Assembly (NCBI GenBank): GCA_964016885.1
Contig: OZ024741.1
Coordinates: 401,512,001-401,576,000, forward strand
Direction of reading: 5' to 3'
DNA length: 64,000 nt
Origin: Eledone cirrhosa
Lineage: Eukaryota
Shown here: positions 52,301 to 61,300 of the stretch, one piece after another
Layout of the letters: every line of letters begins with the position of its first letter
Numbering within the stretch: position 1 is the first letter of the stretch
Notes under the pieces: generated by a model
Database searches by the model: none
Told to the model about the DNA's origin: nothing
The model's input: the letters and a program-made list of their open reading frames with translations, nothing else
Made by a program: the position numbers and the translations under genes

Positions 52301-55300
52301 GGATGCAGTGTCTCGACAGCTAACAACTGATGTAGGTAGTTTGTTCCATGGAGGTTTTAAAGGATGCAGTGTCTCTACAGCTAACAACTGATGTAGGTAG
52401 TTTGTTCCATGGAGGTTTTAAAGGATGCAGTGTCTCGACAGCAAAAAGCTGAGGCAGGTAGTTTGTTCCATGGAGGTTTTAAAGGATGCAGTGTCTCGAC
52501 AGTTAATAACTGATGCAGGTAGTTTGTTCCATGGAGGTTTTAAAGGATGCAGTGTCTCGACAGCTGAGAATTGATGCAGGTAGTTTGTTCCATGGAGGTT
52601 TTAAAGGATGCAGTGTCTCGACAGCTAACAACTGATGTAAGTAGTTTGTTTCTTGGAGGGTTTAAAGGATGCAGTGTCTCGACAGCTAATAATTGATGCA
52701 GGTAGTTTGTTCCATGAAGGTTTTAAAGGATGCAGTGTCTCGACAGCTGACAATTGATGCAGGTAATTTGTTTCATGGAGGGTTTAAAGGATGCAGTGTC
52801 TCGACAGCTAACAACTGATGCAGGTAGTTTGTTTCATGGAGGTTTTAAATGATGCAGTGTCTCGACAGCTAACAACTGATGCAGGTAGTTTGTTTCATGG
52901 AGGGCTTATAGGATGCAGTGTCTCGACAGTTAACAACTGATGCAGGTAGTTTGTTTCATGGAGGGTTTATAGGATGCAGTGTTTCGACAGCTAACAACTG
53001 ATGCAGGTAGTTTGTTTCATGGAGGGTTTATAGGATGCAGTGTCTCGACAGCTAACAACTGATGCAGGTACTTTGTTCAATGCTTCAGCAACTCTGAGCA
53101 TGAAAAAAATATTTCCGAAAGTCTGTTATAATTATGTTATAATATTATATTATAATATTTCTATCTTACACTGTGATATCTTTATTTTCTTGTTATTCCC
53201 AGAATAATGCCAAAAATGATTTTGTTGATTCATGTTTCAAACATATTAAGTCTAAATCACTCCAAATATATTATTTTCTAAATTACTTAACAACAGAAGG
53301 GTTTATCTTTCATTAGAAATATGATAATTAGAAGACAATTCGATAATATTAATCAGTAAAGTGACCAGAAATATTGTGCTACTGTTTATCTAGGCAATAT
53401 TTAAATGTTATAATTTCAACATTAGGCTCAATGCTGTGTCAATTACTCTGTATTTTACTGTAATAATATTTTTATCTTACACTGTGATATCTTTATTTGC
53501 ATGATGCACCCAGAATAATGCCAAAAATGATATCGTTAGAATTCCATTTGGTACAACATCAGACACAGTTAAAATCCACTTTATTCCTGAGGCACCTAAT
53601 TGTAAAATGATAATTACAGTATCTTTCATAGGATGTTTTGAATCAGGGTGTAAGTATAAATTAATTATATTGTCAATCATACCTTGGTAATAAATTATAT
53701 ATTTTATACAATATTTAATCAACTGCAGATTATTCAATGCAAGACAATAATAATTGTCATTAATTAAAAATAAGATTTTAATATATAATGTTATATTAAA
53801 TATTTAATCATGATTTTGGATAATACCAAATATATATATATAATCATATACATACTTTTATTTTCACCATTATCCTGGTAATAAATCCTATGAATTTTAT
53901 AAGCCGAAGCTGAAGCATATAGACAATATGCCCTCACATCCTCCCACTGCAAAGTGGTCGTGGAGGTGCCACGGCAAAAAAGCACCCAGCCCACACTGTA
54001 AAGTGGATGTGTAGGCACCACAAAAAAAAGCACCCAGTACTCACTGTAAATGAGGTTGGTGTTAAGAAGGGCATCCAGCTGTAGAAATCAAGCCAGAATT
54101 AGTTCCCATAGGAGAAAGACAAGGTCAGCCAACTGGACCCTGCCCACAACTTGACAACCCATCTAACCCATGCTAACATGGAAGAACAGACGTAAAACTT
54201 TTAATGGAGTATTTTAATATATAAAGATATTATGAATATCTAATTATTATTTTGGATAAAGACAAATTCACCTCGTGGATGAGAATGCGAGCATTCCTCT
54301 TTGTTTCGGCCGCGGATGGCTAACATAACCCCATCTCCCCCCGCGCCCCACCGCTCCCACCCTCCAAACGCAATCCAAAACTTCAGGTTGTAGAAATGCT
54401 TGAACGTAAGGAGGTCGATGTTTGTTGTATTCAAGAGACCAGGTGGAGGGGTGGGTCTGCTAGATTCATTGTGGGTAAAAAACGATGCTATAAGCTTTTC
54501 TGGGTGGGAAATGACAATGGGCTGGGTGGAGTAGGAATCATGGTAGCAGAAAAGTGGGCAGATAAGATAATAGACGTAAATAGAGTGAACGACAGAATAA
54601 TTAAAATAAGACTTGTCCTCAATAGAACTAAGGTGACAGTAATATCTGCGTACACACCCCAATCCGGACTGCCCGGCACTATAAAAGACAGATTCTATGA
54701 GACACTGATGCTCACTACCTCCCAAATAACCGACAGTGACTATATAATTATTGCAGGCGACCTAAATGGTCATGTTGGACAACATTGTGACGGCTACGAC
54801 GAAATCCATGGAGGCTATGGGTTTGGTACTAGAAATGAGGAAGGCTCCAGAATCCTGGAATTCTGTGATGCAAATAACCTAACTATCTGTAACACTAACT
54901 TCAAAAACCGTGACAATCACCTGATCACCTATAGATCGGGGGAACACACAAGCCAGGTAGATTATATCCTTACCAGAAAACGTGACAGAGTGTCTATTGT
55001 AAACACTAAATCCCTCCCCCATGAAGAATGCACCTCCCAACATAGACTGATAATTAGCGACCTAATAGTCAGGACGAGACGTACTAGACAGCAGAAGAGG
55101 ACTATCCTCAGGAGAAAAATATGGAAGCTAAAGGACCCCACAGCCAGAAATAAATTTCAAAGCATGTTACTTGATGCTTTCGACAGTAAGGAAGAGCAAT
55201 TAGAGTCAGATAATATAGAGGAACAGTGGGAATTCCTAAAAACAAACCTGCTGATGGCGGCAGACGAAGTCTGTGGCTGGAGCAGGCCTGTAGGCAGGAG

Positions 55301-58300
55301 GAGAGTAACATGGTGGTGGAACAGTAAGGTGGAGGGGTCAATTAAGGCCAAAAAGCAGGCTTGGAAAGTAGGGCGGGATGGGGGAAGTAGAGAAGACTAT
55401 CAAGTGGCCAGGAGGGAAGCTAGGAGACAGGTGTACTTCGCAAGAAGGGAAGCAGAGGAAATAAAGTTCAAGCAGGTTCTATAATGCGAGGACCAAAAAC
55501 GTGAGGTGTTCAGGATTGCTAGGCAATGTGTCAAGGAAAACCGTGATATTGTCGGGGAGAAGTGTGTACTTAATGATGACGGCGTACTTGCCATCACCGA
55601 CGCTGATAAGAAGGTAGCTTGGAAGTGTCACTACGAAAGGCTACTAAATGAGGAGAATAAATGGGAGAAAGACAGTCTCCCCCACATCGACCCAATAGAG
55701 GGACCAGCAGTGTTAGTCGAGGGTAGTATAATAAGTAAGGCAATCAAAGATATGAAGACGGGTAAGGAGGCTGGGCCTTCGGAAATAGTTGCTGAGATGC
55801 TGAAGGCATCTGGTACGGTGGGACACACCATGGTCACCCGGATAGTTAACCAAGTCGTACAGAATGGGGTTGTTCCGAAGGACTGGCGTAGCAGCATCAT
55901 CGTTAACTGTTATAAGGGTAAAGGAGATGCCCTAGATAGGAGTAACTATAGAGGCATTAAATTAATCGACCAGGTCATGAAGGTCACGGAAAAAGTAATA
56001 GCGCAACTAATCAGAGAGAGAATTGATCTAGATGAAATGCAGTTCGGGTTTGTGTCAGGGAAAAGTACCACAGACGCTCTTTTCATTGTACGACAACTAC
56101 AGGAGAAGTACCTAGCTAAAAGTAAACCCCTATACTTAGCTTTTGTCAACTTGGAGAAAGTATTCGACAGAGTCCCCCGTTCCATTATCTGGTGGGCTCT
56201 TAGAAAACTAGGTGTTGATGAATGGCTTGTGAGAGCTATACAAGCCATGTATAAAGAAACAGTCAGCAAGGTTAGAATTAACAACGAATATAGTGAAGAG
56301 TTTAGCGTAAAAGTTGGTGTTCATCAGGGCTCTGTTCTTAGCCCCCTACTATTTATTATTGCCCTTCAGGCTATAACAGTGGAGTTCAAGACCAGCTGCC
56401 CATGGGAACTCCTATACGCAGATGATCTAACGCTCATAGCTGAATCAATGGCCGAGCTAGAGAAGAAATTCCAAACATGGAAGCACGGCCTAGAATCAAA
56501 AGGCCTTAAAATTAACCTGGCTAAGACTAAAGTTCTAGTTTGTAGGAAAGAAAATAAGGCGCCGGTCCCTTCCGGGAAATGGCCATGCTCAGTGTGTAGG
56601 AAAGGCGTAGGTAGAAACTCCATTTTATGTCCCAAATGCAAAGTATGGGTGCATAAAAGATGTAGTAGGATCATAGTTAAGCTAACTAAGAACATAGATT
56701 TTACATGTGGCCGGTGCTCTGGTGCAATAAGTAGCAGCAAGTGCCCACAAAATACTAGCTCTTTCAATTGCGCAGAGGGTTCTATAGAAATAGTGGACAG
56801 CTTCCATTACCTGGGTGACAAAATCAGCAGTGGGGGAGGGTGCTCTGAAAGTACAGTAGCTTGAGTCAGAACTGGATGGAAAAAGTTCAGAGAGCTTATA
56901 CCACTATTAGCCGCTAAAGGGTTCTCCCTAAAAATGAAAGGCAGGCTGTATGATGCCTGCATACGAACAGCAATGTTGCATGGCAGTGAGACCTGGGCAT
57001 TGTGTGCAGAGGATATACGCAGACTAGAGAGGAACGAAGCTTGCATGCTCAGCATCCACACCGCCCCTTTCAATGTAAAGTTATGTTGGTGCCACAACAT
57101 CCAGGCCGAAACAAATGAGATCGTGTAGGTGTCACGACAAAAAAAACACACAGTCCACGTTGTAATGTGGCCATGTAGGCAACACGGTAAAAACCTCCCA
57201 GCCCCACACTGTAAATGTGGTTGGTGTTAGGAAGGGCATCCAGCTGTAGAAAACCCGCCAGACAGTCCACGCTGTAATGTGGCCGTGTAGGCAACACGGT
57301 AAAAACCTCCCAGCCCCACACTGTAAATGTGGTTGGTGTTAGGAAGGGCATCCAGCTGTAGAAAACCCGCCAGACAGTCCTATGCGAGCAAGACAATCAC
57401 TCTTGCCTCAAGTGGGAAAACCCCCGTCCAAACCCATGCAAGCGTGGAACACGGACGTTAAACGTTGATGATGATGATGATGATGATAATTTCAGATATG
57501 TAAATAATTATATAAATGTTTATTTGAATATAACATCTCATCTTCTTCCTCACAGCAACAACAATGTTACCAACTACCACACTTCTCACATGTATGTAGA
57601 AATAATTATTGCACTCTCTATATATTAATGTCAATATCAATTATTATATATATTTTATATATAAGTGTAAATTAGTATGAAATATATTATGATTAAATAT
57701 ATGTAAAATTATAAACTTTCTCTGATAAAATATATATATAACCTTTATTTTGTTTATATTTCAGCCACAGCTATTCCAACAACAACACAACCAACAACGA
57801 CACTACAACCAATAACGACACAACCAACAACAACGACACAACCAACAACAACGACACAACCAACAACGACACCACAACCAACAACAACACCACAACCAAC
57901 AACAACACCACAACCAACAACGACACTACAACCAACAACAACACCACAGCCAACGACACAACCAACAACAACACCACAACCAACAACAACACCACAACCA
58001 ACAACAACACCACAACCAACAACAACACCACAACCAACAACAACACAACCAACAACGACACCACAAACAACAGCAACACAACCAACAACAAAACAACCAA
58101 CAACAACGACACAACCAACAACGACACCACAACCAACAACAACGACACAACCAACAACGACACAACCAACAACGACACCACAACCAACAACACCACAACC
58201 AACAACAACACCACAACCAACAACGACACAACCAACAACGACAACACAACCAACAACAACACAACCAACAACAACAACACAACCAACAACGACACTACAA

Positions 58301-61300
58301 CCAACAACACAACCAACAACGACAACACAACCAACGACAACACAACCAACAACAAGACCACAACCAACGACACAACCAACAACAACACAACCAACAACAA
58401 CACAACCAACAACAACACAACCAACAACAACACAACCAACAACGACAACACAACCAACAACGACACAGCCAACAACAACACCACAACCAACAACAACGAC
58501 ACAACCAACGACGACAACACAACCAACAACGACACAACCAACAACAACGACACAACCAACAACAACACCACAACCAACAACAACGACACAACCAACAACA
58601 ACACTACAACCAACAACACAAACAGGTAACATATTTCTGATTAATAAAATTATTTAACATGTAGGAAATCATGATAATAATTATGAAAATATTTTTCTAT
58701 TGTGTTTTACTTCGATTATTTTGTAGAATCATGGTGTGTAGCTAATGATGGTTTGGAAGATGTTTCATTAATAAGATCCTGGGATATTAAATTGTCAAGC
58801 AATGAGGAAAATCCAGATGTTATTAGACCTGGAAACAAAGGATGGAGACCTGCTATAGATGATAAGAAACTTACAGTAACTATGTTTGTTGGTGACTCTT
58901 TAAGATATGGTGCATCTATTCATCTCTTACGATTTAAAGGTGTTGAGAAGTTTGATGTTATTCTAACTGGTGAAGAGGTTAAAAGATTTAAGGTAAGTTT
59001 TAATTAATTTAAATTTTTACAAGAATTTTGATATCTTTCAAAATCATTTGATGTTAAGAAATTTTAGTAAGTGACATAACTCTAGATCTAAATATATTTT
59101 GTTTTAAAAGCTTCTTAAAACCTTTTTGATACCAAACCACCTGAAACTGCTCCTGGATCTACTAGAAAAGTATTTATATCAATGTGTTTATATTCATATA
59201 TTCATGTCAAGACATTCTAATATAATTCTGTGTAGAAATCTTTGTTAATTTATGTTTCCAACAACAGATGAATAATGAGAATATTATGTATCTTATTAAA
59301 TCTAAATCACTTTAAACATTTGATAATATTCTAAATTGTTTAATAACATCAGACAATACCTTTTATGAGAAATATGATATTAGCTCTCTTAATCAATAGA
59401 ATAATAATAAATATTGATTTCAATTTATTGGTATACTTTAAACACTAGGCACAATATTTACAATATTTACAGTAATAATTGTTTCTACTTTTGGCACAAG
59501 GCCAGCAATTACCAATACATTACTGGTACTTTATTTTATCGACCCCGTAAGGATGAAAGGCAAAGTTAACCTCGGCGGGATTTGAACTCAGATCATAAAG
59601 GAACGTAACTCTATGCTTCAAAGCATGGTGTCCGACTCTCTACCGATACTGCCAAATGTTTTATCTTACACTATGATATCTTTATTTTTTTATCTTCCCA
59701 GAATAATGCCAAAAATGATATCGTTAGAATTCCATTTGGTACAACATCAGACACAGTTAAAATCCACTTTATTCCGGTTGCACCTAATTGTAAAATGATA
59801 ATTACAGTATCTTTCATAGGATGTTTTGAATCAGGGTGTAAGTATGAAATGATTTTATTGTTAATAATACCCTGGTAATAAATTATATATTCTAATAATT
59901 GTTTCTACTTTTGACACAAGGCCAGCAATTATCCCAGTGTATTACTGGTACTTTATTTTATTGACCCTGTAAGGATGAAAGGCAAAGTTAACATCGGCGG
60001 GATTTGAACTCAGACCATAAAGGGCCGTAACTCTTTGCTACAAAGCATGGTATACGACCCTCTACCGATACTGCCAATCCACCGATGTTTTGTTGTCTGT
60101 AGATTATTACATCCAAAACAATAATAATTATAACAACATTGTCTCTGATTGAAATGAAGCAAGAGTGTAATTGAATACATAATGAGAAAAGTCATCTCTA
60201 GAACAGCCATTAAAACAGCTAAATACTGTCAAAGCTATGATTAGCTTTCTATTTAGGACAGAGACCACAGCTTGAGGTCCTTTATCCCATTATTTTATTT
60301 CCTTTGTTTTCTTTTGTCTTTCTATCTGTGCTGTTTGTTTTATCAGACACACATCATACCAACAGAAAGATTTATATTTCTGTTGCACAATCCAGCGTTT
60401 TAAAATGATACTCTCAATTAAACCGTGCAAAACCATTTTGCTGGTTTGAGAGCTGATGAAGCTGAAGATGTATGTGTAAACTTGTCTTGTACATCACCTT
60501 TCTTTCCTTTTTCCAGTCAATTCTGTACACCAGTGTACTTCTCCTTGTCCTCCTTCACTTTCATTCTTTTCTATATTACATCTACCTGTCACTCACCTTA
60601 TGGATTATCTCTCTATTGACCACTAGCCGCTGGTCTCTGTCCTCTGAGTCATTTTTACCTATCGCTGTCTTTGACAACATCCACTTGTTTAACGGCTGTT
60701 GTAGCAATGGCTTTTGTCATTTTTATATATAATAATTGTTTCTACTTTTGGCACAAGGCCAGCAAATACCCAGTACATTACTGGTACTTTATTTTATCGA
60801 CCCCGTAAGGATGAAAGACAAAGTTAACCTCGGCGGCATATGAACTCAGATCATAATGGGAGGTAACTCTATGCTTCAAAGCATGGCGTCCGACCCTCTA
60901 CCGATACTGCCAATCCACCACCATATATAATAATAATTATGTGTTAGGTAATTCCGAAGTAAAAGCAAAGGAAAAAAGAGTGCTCTATGTATAGAACAGA
61001 GCTATTAAATTAGAAAGTGAACAACACAAAATATAACTACTCCATTACCAAAGGTTTCTGGATCACAGACAATAATAATATAATATACGTCTGGATCAGT
61101 CATGAGACAGAGATATAGATAAAAGATATGAAATGATCTATAACATCTCTGTCTGACGACCGATCCAGATGTATATTATATTATTCTTGTCTGGGATCCA
61201 GAAACCTTTGGTAATGGAGTAGTTATATTTTGTGTTGTTCACTTTCTAATTAAATATAATAATAATTATGTAAATATTTAAGAAGAATTCTAAAAATAAT

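Noticed and set aside
51275-53080. CRISPR-like array or repeat-protein ORFs ([11 protein letters not shown]...)
   Set aside because: Head-to-tail repeats without spacers; the 61-bp period shifts frame; derived from a LINE end
57754-58632. Minus-strand Val/Cys/Gly-, Leu/Val- and Cys/Trp-rich ORFs (keratin- or metallothionein-like)
   Set aside because: Antisense shadows of the + strand Thr/Pro/Gln exon, which has proper splice sites and homologous ends
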